Source of the DNA: Polyangiales bacterium
GTDB taxonomy: Bacteria > Myxococcota_A > Polyangia > Polyangiales > Polyangiaceae
DNA length: 64,000 nt
Direction: 5' to 3'
NCBI GenBank assembly: GCA_038230375.1
Contig: JBBRNJ010000026.1
Coordinates: 36,683-100,682, forward strand
Shown: piece by piece, positions 1 to 11,715 of the stretch
How the letters are laid out: every line of letters starts with the position of its first letter
Numbering within the stretch: position 1 is the first letter of the stretch
Translations under genes and position numbers: made by a program
Notes under the pieces: generated by a model
The model's database searches: none
What the model was told of the DNA's origin: nothing
Seen by the model: the letters and a program-made list of their open reading frames with translations, nothing else

Positions 1-285
1 TCTGGGGACGCGGCTGGAGAGACCGTGGATCCCGCGCTCGGTCCCGACGAGCTGGTCGATCGGCGACGCGCGCAGGCCATGCTCGTGGAAGCGATCGCTC
101 AGCTTGATGAGGACGTTCGCGAGGTCTTTGCGCTCTTCGAGCTGGAGGGGATGCCGGTCGCCGAGATCGCCGAGATCGTCAAGATCCCGGAGGGCACCTG
201 CTCGTCGCGGTTGAGGCGCGCGCGCGAACAGTTCATGAGCGCGGTCGCCCGTCTGAAGGCGCGCGGAAAGCGGAGGGCACCATGA
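1..285 (+). CDS. ECF-type RNA polymerase sigma factor, C-terminal region 4 (5' part outside window)
   Basis: Frame is open from base 1. 'REVFALFELEGMPVAEIAEIVKIPEGTCSSRLRRAR' is a sigma-70 region 4 HTH of ECF type. Stop overlaps the next ATG (ATGA). Confidence 0.85.
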   Translation, partial: SGDAAGETVDPALGPDELVDRRRAQAMLVEAIAQLDEDVREVFALFELEGMPVAEIAEIVKIPEGTCSSRLRRAREQFMSAVARLKARGKRRAP

Positions 286-1163
286 CGGAGCGTGACCCGA
301 TGGTGCGACTCGTTCTTCAAGACGACTGCGACGACTTCGCACGGGAGCTTCTCCGCTCGATGGATCGTGAAGCGCCGCGCGCTGACACGCGCCGGAAGAA
401 CCTCGCGGCGCTGGGCATCGGAGGTGCAGCGACCACGGGTGTGGGTGGTGGCGTTGCGACCAAGGCGGTGGCCAGCGGCACGGCGTGGCTGTCGAAGAAG
501 GTCGTTTTCCTCGGCCTCTTCGCGCTCGGATCCGCAGGCGCGATCGCGGTCGCGCCCTCCAGGTCGCCCGCTCCCGTGGAGCTCGCATCGCAGGCGACGG
601 TGGAGACCGCACAGCCAGCGGCCGCCACCATCCAGCACGCTGTCGGTCGCGCGGCGCCGGCTCCTCTGGAGACCTCGCAGGCCGCGCCCGCTCCTCTGGA
701 GACCGCGCAGGCCGCTCCTCTGGAGACTGCGCAGGCCGCTCGTCTGGAGGGTACGCAGCCCGAGCGGACGCAAGTCGCCCTCACGAGGGCCCCCGCCGCG
801 CGCCCCGCCGCGCCCCCCGCCGCGGACCCTGCAACACCGCCTGCCGCTCCTGCAGCACCGCCTGCCGCCGTGAAGGCCACGCTCACCGACGAAGTCACCA
901 GTCTCGAACAGGCGCGCGCAGCCGTCGCTCGCGGAGATCACGCGACCGCCCTCGTACTGCTCGATCGCTACGACGCCGCGCAGTCGCAGCACGCGCTCGC
1001 GCAGGAGGCGCTCATGCTCCGCATCGAAGCACTGGTCGCGCTGGGCAGGAAGGACGAGGCGGTGATCCTTGCACGCCGGCTCCTCGTCGCGAGCTCGGGC
1101 CCCGCGTACGAGAGCCGCATTCGCACACTCCTCGGTACGAGCATGGGTGCAAGCCTGCCGTGA
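282..1163 (+). CDS. Putative anti-sigma factor (one TM helix, Pro/Ala-rich linker, C-terminal TPR-like helices)
   Basis: Coupled to the ECF gene. TM 'VVFLGLFALGSAGAIAVA'. C-terminal 'LTDEVTSLEQARAAVARGDHATALVLLDRY...EALMLRIEALVALGR' is typical of myxobacterial ECF partners. Confidence 0.7.
   Translation: MTERDPMVRLVLQDDCDDFARELLRSMDREAPRADTRRKNLAALGIGGAATTGVGGGVATKAVASGTAWLSKKVVFLGLFALGSAGAIAVAPSRSPAPVELASQATVETAQPAAATIQHAVGRAAPAPLETSQAAPAPLETAQAAPLETAQAARLEGTQPERTQVALTRAPAARPAAPPAADPATPPAAPAAPPAAVKATLTDEVTSLEQARAAVARGDHATALVLLDRYDAAQSQHALAQEALMLRIEALVALGRKDEAVILARRLLVASSGPAYESRIRTLLGTSMGASLP
654..761 (+). repeat. In-frame imperfect tandem repeat (30,30,24,24 nt) encoding (AP)APLET(S/A)QA
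   Basis: GCTCCTCTGGAGAC core occurs three times plus one degenerate copy. Confidence 0.8.
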
Positions 1164-2221
1164 CGAGGCGTGGTGAACTGGCGGCCGTCGCAGCCGCGCT
1201 CTGCGCTTCACTCACGTTCGCGCCGCCTGCGCGTGCCGAGGAGTCGGAGCCCATCCGCGTGGTCTATCAAGCACAGGACGGCTGCCCGTCGGGTGCTTCG
1301 TTCATCGCGGACGTGCAGGAGCGAACGGCGCGCGCGCGCATCGTCGAAGAAGGCGAGCGCAGGGTCTTCGAGATCATCCTGGAGAACGTGCCCGCTGGGT
1401 CTGCACGCGGAACGCTGGTGGTCCGTGGTGATGGGCGCCCGTCGACGCGCGTGCTCGATGGCCAGTCGTGCGCTGAAGTGGCATCGGCGCTCGCATTGAT
1501 CATGGCGCTCACGATCGACCCACGCGCGAGCACCGCTCCGACGAGCATCACGCCCCCGACTGCCACGCCAGCCGCGGCGCCGGCAGAGCCCGTGCATCCG
1601 CCGGAGCCCAAGCCCGCGGAGGAACGCGTGGAGCCGCCACCTCCTCCCGCGTCGCAGCCCCTCGTGCCCACCACGCGCGCGCGCTGGGTCTTCGGCGTTG
1701 GGCCCGAAGCGGGGGTGCGCACGGGCGTCTTGCCGAGCAGCGCGCTCCTGCTTGGCGGCCTCATCATCGTTTCGGACGACTCTCGTGCGCTCTTCGCCCC
1801 GAGCATTCGACTGGCGCTCGGCGCGGCGACGTCGGCTCAGACGGCGCAGGTCGGGACGTCGGCGGTCGTCGTCAACTGGTTCGGCGCCAGATCCGAGCTC
1901 TGCCCGCTGCGCATCGGGCTCTCCGCCGACGTCGCGATTCGTCCATGCGCTCTCGTGGAGATCGGAAGCACGTCGTCCCGCGGCGAGGGCGTGAGTGACC
2001 CACAAGATCAGTCTCGCGCGGGAGTGGGCGGTGGTGGTTCGGTCGACGTCAGGTGGGAGCTCCGCCCGTTCTTCGTCTCGGGAGACGTGTTGCTCATCGC
2101 GCCGTTCCGCCCTGACCGCTACTACGCGGGCCCCGGCACCACGCTGTACCAGCAGCCGCAGGTCGGTGTGGGCTTCGCACTCGCGGTGGGCGTCCTGCCA
2201 TTCTCCGCATCGATCCGATGA
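1160..2221 (+). CDS. Exported protein with probable C-terminal beta-barrel, third gene of the ECF module
   Basis: GTG at 1160 overlaps the upstream TGA. Signal peptide ends 'PPARA'. Pro-rich linker, then alternating hydrophobic beta-strands. Confidence 0.65.
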   Translation: MTRRGELAAVAAALCASLTFAPPARAEESEPIRVVYQAQDGCPSGASFIADVQERTARARIVEEGERRVFEIILENVPAGSARGTLVVRGDGRPSTRVLDGQSCAEVASALALIMALTIDPRASTAPTSITPPTATPAAAPAEPVHPPEPKPAEERVEPPPPPASQPLVPTTRARWVFGVGPEAGVRTGVLPSSALLLGGLIIVSDDSRALFAPSIRLALGAATSAQTAQVGTSAVVVNWFGARSELCPLRIGLSADVAIRPCALVEIGSTSSRGEGVSDPQDQSRAGVGGGGSVDVRWELRPFFVSGDVLLIAPFRPDRYYAGPGTTLYQQPQVGVGFALAVGVLPFSASIR

Positions 2222-2225
2222 AGCG

Positions 2226-2996
2226 CTATTGCACGATGAGCGTGGCGCTATCGATCGCGCTCATGGTGGCGTTGGACGCGGTCGAGAACGTGGTGCCCGC
2301 CTTCACGCCCGTGGCGAGGCCGTTGGCGTCGATGGTGGCCAGCGTCCCATCGCCGGTGGTCCAATTCACATCCTTGGTCACTCGCCGCGCCGTCGCGTCA
2401 CTGAAGGTACCTGTTGCATTGAACTGAAGCGTCTTGCCGACCATGACGTTGCCCGGACTCGGACTGACGAGGAGGTTGGTCAGCGTTGCGCCGTTGACGA
2501 CGATGCTCGCTGTAGCGCCGACGGCTGTGCCACCAGGATCCGCGGCCACGATCGTGGTGGTCCCCAGCGCGACCGCCTTGGCCAGCCCCTTGTCCGCGCC
2601 GGCGTTCGTGATCGTCGCGGCCCCCGCATCTCCGGTGGACCAGTTGACGAGCGTGGTGACGTCGATCTTTCCGCCGTCGTTCAGCATCAACGTGGCGAGA
2701 TACGGCTGCGAGTACCCTGCGGGAACGGAGGCGGTCGTGGGCGCGACCACGATGGTTCCGATCGGAACCGGGGCTGCATCGACGTCCGCGATGCTCGCAT
2801 CTGCCGCGGCTCCGGCATCCACGTCCCCGCTCACCGTCCCGTCGGGTGTGGACGCATCCGGCCCGGTGGCGCCAGCGCTGTCTCCGCCGCCGTCCTCGGC
2901 GGGGGTGCTCGTGGAAGAGGAGGAGCACGCCGCCACCGTCGCGAACGCGACGACCAGAGCAAGCGCGGAGATCACGGCGGGGTTCTTCACGATCAT
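2226..2996 (-). CDS. Lipoprotein with two bacterial Ig-like (Big_2-type) domains
   Basis: Lipobox 'VAAC-SSS'. Two repeats 'V(N)W(S/T)TGD...ATI...GLA(K/T)(A/G)V..GT'. Confidence 0.8.
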   Translation of the reverse strand: MIVKNPAVISALALVVAFATVAACSSSSTSTPAEDGGGDSAGATGPDASTPDGTVSGDVDAGAAADASIADVDAAPVPIGTIVVAPTTASVPAGYSQPYLATLMLNDGGKIDVTTLVNWSTGDAGAATITNAGADKGLAKAVALGTTTIVAADPGGTAVGATASIVVNGATLTNLLVSPSPGNVMVGKTLQFNATGTFSDATARRVTKDVNWTTGDGTLATIDANGLATGVKAGTTFSTASNATMSAIDSATLIVQ

Positions 2997-3004
2997 GGGT
3001 GGTC

Positions 3005-3847
3005 TCAGTGGGTCAGCTGGGTGGTGGCCGTACAGGCCGGCGAGATCTGGATCTCCATCGTCTGCGCCGCGATCTTGTCGGAGAAGGCATGCGTGGGATC
3101 CATCAACACCATCGACATGGTCCCCGGCGTACCGTTCATTGTCGCGGTGAAGGCGAAGTGGTGGGTCGCACCCGCGGGGACCGCCGGGATCAGGCTGTTC
3201 CACACCATGGCGCCGCTCGGGTCCTTGAGCAGGAGCACCAGCTGCGTCGCGGTGACGCTTGTATGGTTCTCGATCTCCACGTTCCCCTTCATCGCATTGC
3301 ATGACGTGAAGGTCGGCACCACTGCAGTGCTCATGAACGCCTTGCCGCTGATGGCATCATGACGCCGGTCCGCGGTCATGGAGTTGAGTGAGTCGTGGAC
3401 GTGCGTGTCGAACGTGCACTGCGCGTCCATCGACGCGCCTCGCTTGGTGGGATCCGCGCCGTCGCCGAGCAGCCAGAGGTCGTACGCGAGTCCGCACTGC
3501 GCTCGCTCTGTCTTGTCGGTGACAATGACGAACCCGTCGCTCTTTGCCGGGACGTGCACGGTGTGAGGCGCCCCGGACTCCGCCTTCCCCGTGCGCGCGA
3601 AGTGCACGTCGACCATCCCTGCGGCTGCGCCCGAGTTGTGGAGGGTCACCTGGAACGCGAGCGAGCCCGTGGGCGCAAGCACTGCGTGGAAACCTGTGAT
3701 GTGGACGATGGCCACCGCGGTCGGACCTTGCACCACCATGGGCGGGGCGGCAGCAACCGGTGCCGCCAGAAGGGCCAGCGCCCCGACGATGATGGTCATG
3801 GTGCCTGCACGGACAAGGAGCTCTCTCACAGCGCGTTTGGTTGACAT
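3005..3847 (-). CDS. Secreted beta-rich hypothetical protein (paralog of 3970-4842)
   Basis: Signal peptide 'IIVGALALLAAPVAA', coding-like codon bias, four Cys. Start could be 3799-3871. Confidence 0.7.
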   Translation of the reverse strand: MSTKRAVRELLVRAGTMTIIVGALALLAAPVAAAPPMVVQGPTAVAIVHITGFHAVLAPTGSLAFQVTLHNSGAAAGMVDVHFARTGKAESGAPHTVHVPAKSDGFVIVTDKTERAQCGLAYDLWLLGDGADPTKRGASMDAQCTFDTHVHDSLNSMTADRRHDAISGKAFMSTAVVPTFTSCNAMKGNVEIENHTSVTATQLVLLLKDPSGAMVWNSLIPAVPAGATHHFAFTATMNGTPGTMSMVLMDPTHAFSDKIAAQTMEIQISPACTATTQLTH

Positions 3848-3969
3848 GGAGGGACAGACGAAAGCTGCCACGGCTCATTCGTTCGTCGACGGTGATCGGC
3901 TGGGTTTAACCCATTCATCACAATCATCCGCCGCCGGGACCAGGCAGCCCCTGGCACCGTGGCGCGCCA

Positions 3970-4842
3970 TCAGTGGGCAATCGTCCGCAGCACCGCGAAC
4001 GTCGTGGCGAGCGTGCAGTTGCGGGTCGTGGTGACGGTGAGCCCGTGGTTTTCGATATGCGAGCCGAGCACGTGGGTCCAGTCCACGATCGCGAGGTCGA
4101 GCTTTGCGGTCACGTCGTGAGGACCGACGGGGGTGAGAACGATCTCCTTGTAGCTACCGGCAGCGAGCGGGAAAGCCGCCGCCGTCTGCGCCCGCACGCT
4201 CTCGCCGGACCGGGCCTGGGCAAGGAGCGAGGGTGTCGAGATCTTCGAGTGGTTGACGATCCGCGCCTTGATCTTGGGGCCGGCAACGCACGAGGGCGCG
4301 GTCTCGAGGACGGCGTTCGTCAGGTAGACCTTGTCCTTCTGCTCCACCACGACCTGGTCGGTGTCGTTGCTGAGGTTCCAGAGGTCCACGATGGAGCTGG
4401 CGAACGTGCAGGTCGGCGTGACCTCCACGTTCCGCGTGTTGTTGTTGTACTCCTCGCCGTCGATCGTGATCGATACGCGGTAGGCCTTTGGAGAGCAGCC
4501 CGAAGGGAGGCCCGTGGGATCCGTCAACGTCACCTTCGTCACGGGCTTGTTGGCCGTGCCCCCGCTGCCCTTCACGCTGACGGTCTGGGAGATCTCGCCC
4601 GAATCCCAGGTGAGCTTCACGAGGGCGTTGGTCGTGGTGTCCGCCCAGCGGAGCACGCTCACGGTCACGTCGAGCGCGCCGCCGGTGTACGTCGCGCTTG
4701 CCTTGGTGTCGGTGATTTCGGTGTTGGCGCGGTGAAGCTGCTGCGCCGCTCCGTCCGAAGCCACCAGCATGCAGCCCAGCGCAAGTCCGACCGCGAGGCT
4801 GGTTTTACCGATCATCAAGACCCGATTTTGAATGTCCGCCAT
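3970..4842 (-). CDS. Secreted beta-rich hypothetical protein (paralog of 3005-3847)
   Basis: Signal peptide 'SLAVGLALGCMLVASDGAA'. Alternative start at ATG 4815. Confidence 0.75.
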   Translation of the reverse strand: MADIQNRVLMIGKTSLAVGLALGCMLVASDGAAQQLHRANTEITDTKASATYTGGALDVTVSVLRWADTTTNALVKLTWDSGEISQTVSVKGSGGTANKPVTKVTLTDPTGLPSGCSPKAYRVSITIDGEEYNNNTRNVEVTPTCTFASSIVDLWNLSNDTDQVVVEQKDKVYLTNAVLETAPSCVAGPKIKARIVNHSKISTPSLLAQARSGESVRAQTAAAFPLAAGSYKEIVLTPVGPHDVTAKLDLAIVDWTHVLGSHIENHGLTVTTTRNCTLATTFAVLRTIAH

Positions 4843-4983
4843 TTCCTTTCGACGGACGCTCCGTCGATGACATTGTGAACGGTTGCTGAAAAATGCGCAG
4901 CGGTGTGCGCCGCGCCCCCAGCCGGGCTCGCGTTCACCGATACTTCAGAAAGCAGCGACCATCCCCGAACCGAGGAGCCCCTC

Positions 4984-5394
4984 GTGCAGAAGCCTCTCAT
5001 CGAAGCCCCCACCAGCGACGCGACCCGAAAATACGAGACGCTCGCCTACGTGGCTGCGTACGACGCGGTCATCGATTGCGACTACGCCTTCGTGGCGTAC
5101 AAGGAGACGGAAGGAGAGGACTGGCGTGTGTATGTGCGTTCGTCGCAGACCGCGGGCGGGGTCTTCGAGCCAACGGCGATCGCAAAAGAGGCACGGGCGG
5201 CGGGTGCCCAAGGCAAACCCTGGTTCGTGTGGGGCTACAGCTTCGCGACCAGCGACAGCGATCCGCGCGTGATCGAGTTTCGGGTCCACGTCGCCGACGG
5301 CCGCCCGAGCGAGCTCGAGATCTTCGTGCAGCTCCGAAAGTTCGACGGGACCGCGGACGCCGCGAAGTCCGTGAAGTTCGCCTGGCCAGAGTGA
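4984..5394 (+). CDS. Hypothetical protein
   Basis: GAGGAG Shine-Dalgarno before GTG 4984. Globular composition. Confidence 0.65.
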   Translation: MQKPLIEAPTSDATRKYETLAYVAAYDAVIDCDYAFVAYKETEGEDWRVYVRSSQTAGGVFEPTAIAKEARAAGAQGKPWFVWGYSFATSDSDPRVIEFRVHVADGRPSELEIFVQLRKFDGTADAAKSVKFAWPE

Positions 5395-5447
5395 CCAACC
5401 GCGATCGCATGGTGAGCGTGCTCCGCCGGAAGCGGCGTGGCTCCCAG

Positions 5448-6356
5448 CTATGCGGGATAGCCTTCGCGTAGCGCCGTCGCCACTGCTTGTAGTGTCGCCT
5501 CGACGGACGAGCGCTTGCGCCACACGAGGGCGATCGTCCTCTGTGCGCCTGGGCCGCCGAGCGGCCGCACGTGGAGTCGCGCGCGCCGCGCCTCGGCGTT
5601 CACCGCGAGCGCGGGGATGAGCGTGATGCCGGCCCCTCCGGCCACCATCTGCACGAGCGTCGAGAGGCTCGTCGCGCGGAACTCGCCCTCCCGCACGCGC
5701 GCCGTGCTGCAGGCCTCGAGCGCCTGGTCCCGGAAGCAGTGGCCTTCGTCGAGCAACAGGAGCTCCTCGCCGCGCAGCTCTGCCTGTGCGACCGGCGTCT
5801 TCTTCCGTGCGAGCGAGTGTCCTCGCGGCGTCACGAGCATGAACGGGTCCTTCGCGATCACCTCCTGCACCACGTCGCCGACGTCCGCTTCGAGCGCGAC
5901 GATCGCGCCCTCCAGCTCGCCCTCACGCAACTTGCGGATGAGCACGGCGGTCTTGTCCTCGACCCAGGCGATGCGGAGCCGCGGCAGCTTCCTGCGCAAG
6001 TGCGGCGTGGTCGTCGGGAGCAAGTAGGGAGAGATCGTGGGGATGACGCCCAGGCGAATCGTGCCGGAGAGCGGGTCGCTGATTCGCTGGGTCGCTTGCA
6101 CGATCTCGTCGGCCTCGAGGAGCACGCGGCGCGCCCTGCCGACGACATCGCGCCCTGCCGCGGTGATGAGCACGTTCTTCTTGCTCCTCTCGAAGAGGCG
6201 CGTGCCAAGCGTGTCCTCCACCTGCGCGAGCTGCGCACTCAGGGTAGGTTGGGATACGTGGCAACGCCCAGCCGCACGACGAAACGAGAGCTCGTCAGCG
6301 ACTGCGACCACGTACTGCAGCTGCCGAAGCGTGAAGGGATGGGGTGCGGCGCTCAT
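5448..6356 (-). CDS. oxyR: Hydrogen peroxide-inducible LysR regulator OxyR
   Basis: LysR HTH 'TLRQLQYVVAVADELSFRRAAGRCHVSQPTLS'. Redox motif 'EGHCFRDQALEAC' with both Cys. Divergent from katG. Confidence 0.95.
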   Translation of the reverse strand: MSAAPHPFTLRQLQYVVAVADELSFRRAAGRCHVSQPTLSAQLAQVEDTLGTRLFERSKKNVLITAAGRDVVGRARRVLLEADEIVQATQRISDPLSGTIRLGVIPTISPYLLPTTTPHLRRKLPRLRIAWVEDKTAVLIRKLREGELEGAIVALEADVGDVVQEVIAKDPFMLVTPRGHSLARKKTPVAQAELRGEELLLLDEGHCFRDQALEACSTARVREGEFRATSLSTLVQMVAGGAGITLIPALAVNAEARRARLHVRPLGGPGAQRTIALVWRKRSSVEATLQAVATALREGYPA

Positions 6357-6376
6357 CGCGGTCTCCTCTGACTCTG

Positions 6377-6413
6377 ATAGAGTTACACTATCGATATCAT
6401 CGTATCAATCGAT
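6377..6413. promoter_or_regulatory. OxyR binding site
   Basis: ATAG-N7-CTAT-N7-ATCG-N7-CGAT matches the four-box OxyR consensus ATAG-N7-CTAT-N7-ATAG-N7-CTAT with exact spacing. Confidence 0.85.
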
Positions 6414-6444
6414 TGGAAGATCCGGCGCGCGCGCCCTAGATTGA

Positions 6445-8703
<2,259 letters not shown>

Positions 8704-8749
8704 GGTATCGGTGACTCATTCGTGCGTCTCGCACGTCAGAGTCTGAAGC

Positions 8750-10192
8750 ATGGCCCATGTCCGCTCTTCCCGCTGCGCACCCGTCGGTCGCCTCCTGATC
8801 GCGTTCGGCGTCCTGGCCGGCTGCGCAGCCTCGAAGGACGGTGGGTCGCAACCACCGCGTGCCAACGGGGAAGAATCCGCCTCGACGACTCCGCCCTACG
8901 CGATCACATCCAGGACAACGGCGTGGATCCATGCGCAGCCGACGCGACCGTACTGCTTCGCTCCACCGGAGCCATGCGCCGCGCCGGCATCGAGCCTGAG
9001 CTTCTCGATCGCGGACGACAAGCCTGACAGGCTCATCGAGGTGACGCATGCCCAACCCATCGTCGTGACGAACGTCAAGCTGGCGATGGGGGCAGTGTGG
9101 AGGGCAGCCTCCGCAAGCTATACGGGCCGGCTCGCTGACAGCACGTGCTTCCCCGCGCTCGGATACTGCGCGCCGGTCGGAGCCGACATCGTGCTACGCC
9201 GCGAGAACGCCACCACGCTCACGCTCATGAGCGCGCAGTCCAGCGCCTCGCCCCTCGGCGGCACGGTCGGAGGCGTCGCATTCGACGCGATCCACTCCGT
9301 GGTGGCGCTCCAGACCGGCGAGATCACGTACTGGGTCTCGGGGCACCTCAGCCAAGAAACGAAGATCGCCGACCGGGCGGCGGCGCGCGGCTTCGCCTCC
9401 GTTGCGATCCGCAACAAGACGGCCGTCGCGATCGTCGCAGGAGAATCGGCGTCCGAGTTCGCGTTTCATGGCTGGGTCCTACCCCCGGGAGTTCGCTTCA
9501 ACGACGAGGCCAGCGGCTCCATGTGGAGCTTCGGTCCGGCGTCGCCTGACAAGCCCACCGAGCCAGCGAAGCGCTCACCGAACAATCCTCTCATGGCGTT
9601 CGGAGAGCAGGTCTTCTCGCTGCGTGAAGAGGCGCCGCACTTTGGCCAGGAATGCGGCGCGCGCACGTTCACCGGGAAGCCCACGAAGCCCCAGCGGTTC
9701 GGTGCATTCGAGCTCCTGGACCTCACGGTCACGAACGTGGACGCGTGTCCTTCGCGACCTTCACGCGCGCGGTCCGGGCCGACCTCCGTCGTGTCCGGTA
9801 CCTTGACGACCACGGTCCACATGGGCGAGATCACGATCCCCGCCGCAAGCCACCTGACGCTGCGGGACAAAGTGCTCGTCGAAGCATTCAACGTGACGAT
9901 CGGCGGGCAGCCGTTCGGCTCGATGCGGAAGGGCCACGCCGAGAAGGCGCCGCCTGCCGGGGAGCAGGGCGCGCAACGCTGGCAGTGGAGCGCCGCAGCT
10001 GACAACGTCGAGCAGTACGAGCTCGACATCCCGATCCTGTCATGTGGTCCGAGCGGCGTCGCACGAGAGCAGCTCTTCGAGAGCGCGTTCGTCACCTCGA
10101 ACGGGCGCCCAGTGGACTCCGAGTCCGCCAAGGCGATGCAGCGCGCAGGCGCCAGGTGCCCACCCGTCAATCAACACGAGAAGCGTCCTTGA
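8750..10192 (+). CDS. Hypothetical lipoprotein
   Basis: Lipobox 'VLAGC'. 480-aa ORF with no family I recognise. Confidence 0.6.
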   Translation: MAHVRSSRCAPVGRLLIAFGVLAGCAASKDGGSQPPRANGEESASTTPPYAITSRTTAWIHAQPTRPYCFAPPEPCAAPASSLSFSIADDKPDRLIEVTHAQPIVVTNVKLAMGAVWRAASASYTGRLADSTCFPALGYCAPVGADIVLRRENATTLTLMSAQSSASPLGGTVGGVAFDAIHSVVALQTGEITYWVSGHLSQETKIADRAAARGFASVAIRNKTAVAIVAGESASEFAFHGWVLPPGVRFNDEASGSMWSFGPASPDKPTEPAKRSPNNPLMAFGEQVFSLREEAPHFGQECGARTFTGKPTKPQRFGAFELLDLTVTNVDACPSRPSRARSGPTSVVSGTLTTTVHMGEITIPAASHLTLRDKVLVEAFNVTIGGQPFGSMRKGHAEKAPPAGEQGAQRWQWSAAADNVEQYELDIPILSCGPSGVAREQLFESAFVTSNGRPVDSESAKAMQRAGARCPPVNQHEKRP

Positions 10193-10202
10193 GCCGAGCC
10201 CT

Positions 10203-10564
10203 CTACTTCGGCGCGGCGGCGACCTCGTCGGCGGAGAGCGTGAGCGCCCAGATGTCCGCGGCTCCTGTTCCCATACGTCCTTGAAGGTGACGTCGTTCAT
10301 CGTGCTCTTGTGAAAGTCGTTGGCGCGATCGCACATCGCGCGATCTCCAGCGGCCCAATAGGCCCGCCCCCTGCCCCGGACGGCGTTCGCATGGTCACTG
10401 TAGAGGACCAGGTCGCCACCGGTGGTCTCCTCGCCGAAGTACGGCGTTCCCAGGATCGCGGTGGGGTCGAAGATGTTGGGCTGCCACCGTCGCTCGTGTC
10501 TCCGGTGGCCCGCCGTCCGCGCGATGGCCTTCTTCAGCAGGTGACGCTTTGCGTTCGCGTGACG
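10203..10564 (-). pseudogene. Possible frameshifted gene remnant
   Basis: Protein-like frame without an upstream start ('KRHLLKKAIAR...WQPNIFDPTAILGTPYFGEE...NDVTFKDVWEQE'). A second frame supplies a plausible end 'ADIWALTLSADEVAAAPK*' at 10203. Confidence 0.3.
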
Positions 10565-11521
10565 TCAGTCACCGCCGGCGTCGGAGGCGTCAGCGCCAGC
10601 ATCGGCGGCAGCGCCCAGGCCGACGATGGAGCAGCTCCCGTGCTTGTAGTTCGCCTTGGTTCCTGGATCGCAAACGACCTGATGAACCGTGTCCTTGCAG
10701 TCCGCCACGGTGTCGCAGAGCTGCTTGCAGTAGCCCTGGTCACCCGCATGGTCGCCCGGGTCCGAGTACAGACATGCTTCCATCGGACCGCAGCCATCCG
10801 GGTTGAAGCCCTGGACGCAGGTGGCCCCGCACACGTATGCCGGCGTGATTCCGCCCTTGCCGTCGGGCGCGCCGAATTTCGTGCACCGTCCTGCGCAGGT
10901 ATTGGCGTTCGGGTCGCAGGCCGTTCCATCCGGATCGCCCTTGTGAATCCCTCCGTTGGTACACCAACGCGTCAGCGGATCGCATGCGCGCCCGGAGCCC
11001 TCGCCGCAGTCGCTCTGCGCTCCGCACACAGGCCAGCAGTAGTCGTACGTCGCAAATTTGTCGTCGCGGTCAAGCGCCGTGAGGCATGCGAAGTCCTCCC
11101 GGCCATGGCACTTTGGTCCGGCGTCTCCTTCGGCGCAGGCTTCCAGGCACCATGCGAGCGCGCTCGTCTTGTACCCGTAGCAGTGCCCGCCGATCGCAAC
11201 GCACGGGTCGACGTTGGTGGTGCCGTGCGCAAAGTCGATGCAGCTGATCGTGCAGAAGCCGCCCGCCGCGCTGCCGACCACGTTGATGTTGTCGTTCGAG
11301 CTGCGGCAGATGGTGCCGTCCGCCCCACATTGCGAGTCCGATGCGCAGGGCGCGCCCAGCGTCCCAGCTCCCTGCATGGCGGCGTCCTGCAGTGGGTTTT
11401 GCGCCGTGTCACCACCACTGTCGGCTGGGCCTGCGCCGCCGCCGGAGTCAGACGAGCAACCCCACCACACCGCAGACAGGGTCGCCGCGCCCGCGAAGAC
11501 AAGGACAGTTAGCTTGGACAC
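10565..11521 (-). CDS. Cys-rich lipoprotein (myxobacterial disulfide-repeat type)
   Basis: GTG start, 'AVWWGC-SSD' lipobox, repeated CxxxC units (CTISC, CLEAC, CWPVC, CGATC, CKQLC). Confidence 0.75.
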   Translation of the reverse strand: MSKLTVLVFAGAATLSAVWWGCSSDSGGGAGPADSGGDTAQNPLQDAAMQGAGTLGAPCASDSQCGADGTICRSSNDNINVVGSAAGGFCTISCIDFAHGTTNVDPCVAIGGHCYGYKTSALAWCLEACAEGDAGPKCHGREDFACLTALDRDDKFATYDYCWPVCGAQSDCGEGSGRACDPLTRWCTNGGIHKGDPDGTACDPNANTCAGRCTKFGAPDGKGGITPAYVCGATCVQGFNPDGCGPMEACLYSDPGDHAGDQGYCKQLCDTVADCKDTVHQVVCDPGTKANYKHGSCSIVGLGAAADAGADASDAGGD

Positions 11522-11715
11522 GGGTTTGGACTTCCTTGGATGGGATTGCTTGCGGAAGGTCGAGCATAGCGACAACGCGGCCCTCCCCGCGCAAATCGGC
11601 ACCGTGCAAGACGCAGGTCGTGTGCGTGCGACGGCTGCGAAACGCCTGCACGCCACCCAGCTGGCGCCAGCATCCGCGGAGTTGGACGTCGGAATGGCGC
11701 ATGCACCCATCTCGC

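Noticed and set aside
654..761. CRISPR-like repeat array
   Set aside because: The repeats are contiguous, in frame and lack unique spacers. No cas genes are present. The same applies to the repeats near 39178-39225 and 53784-53890.
3850..3965. Riboswitch or structured RNA between the two secreted paralogs
   Set aside because: Only short complementary segments (GCCACGG/CCGTGGC) are present, and I recognise no riboswitch consensus.
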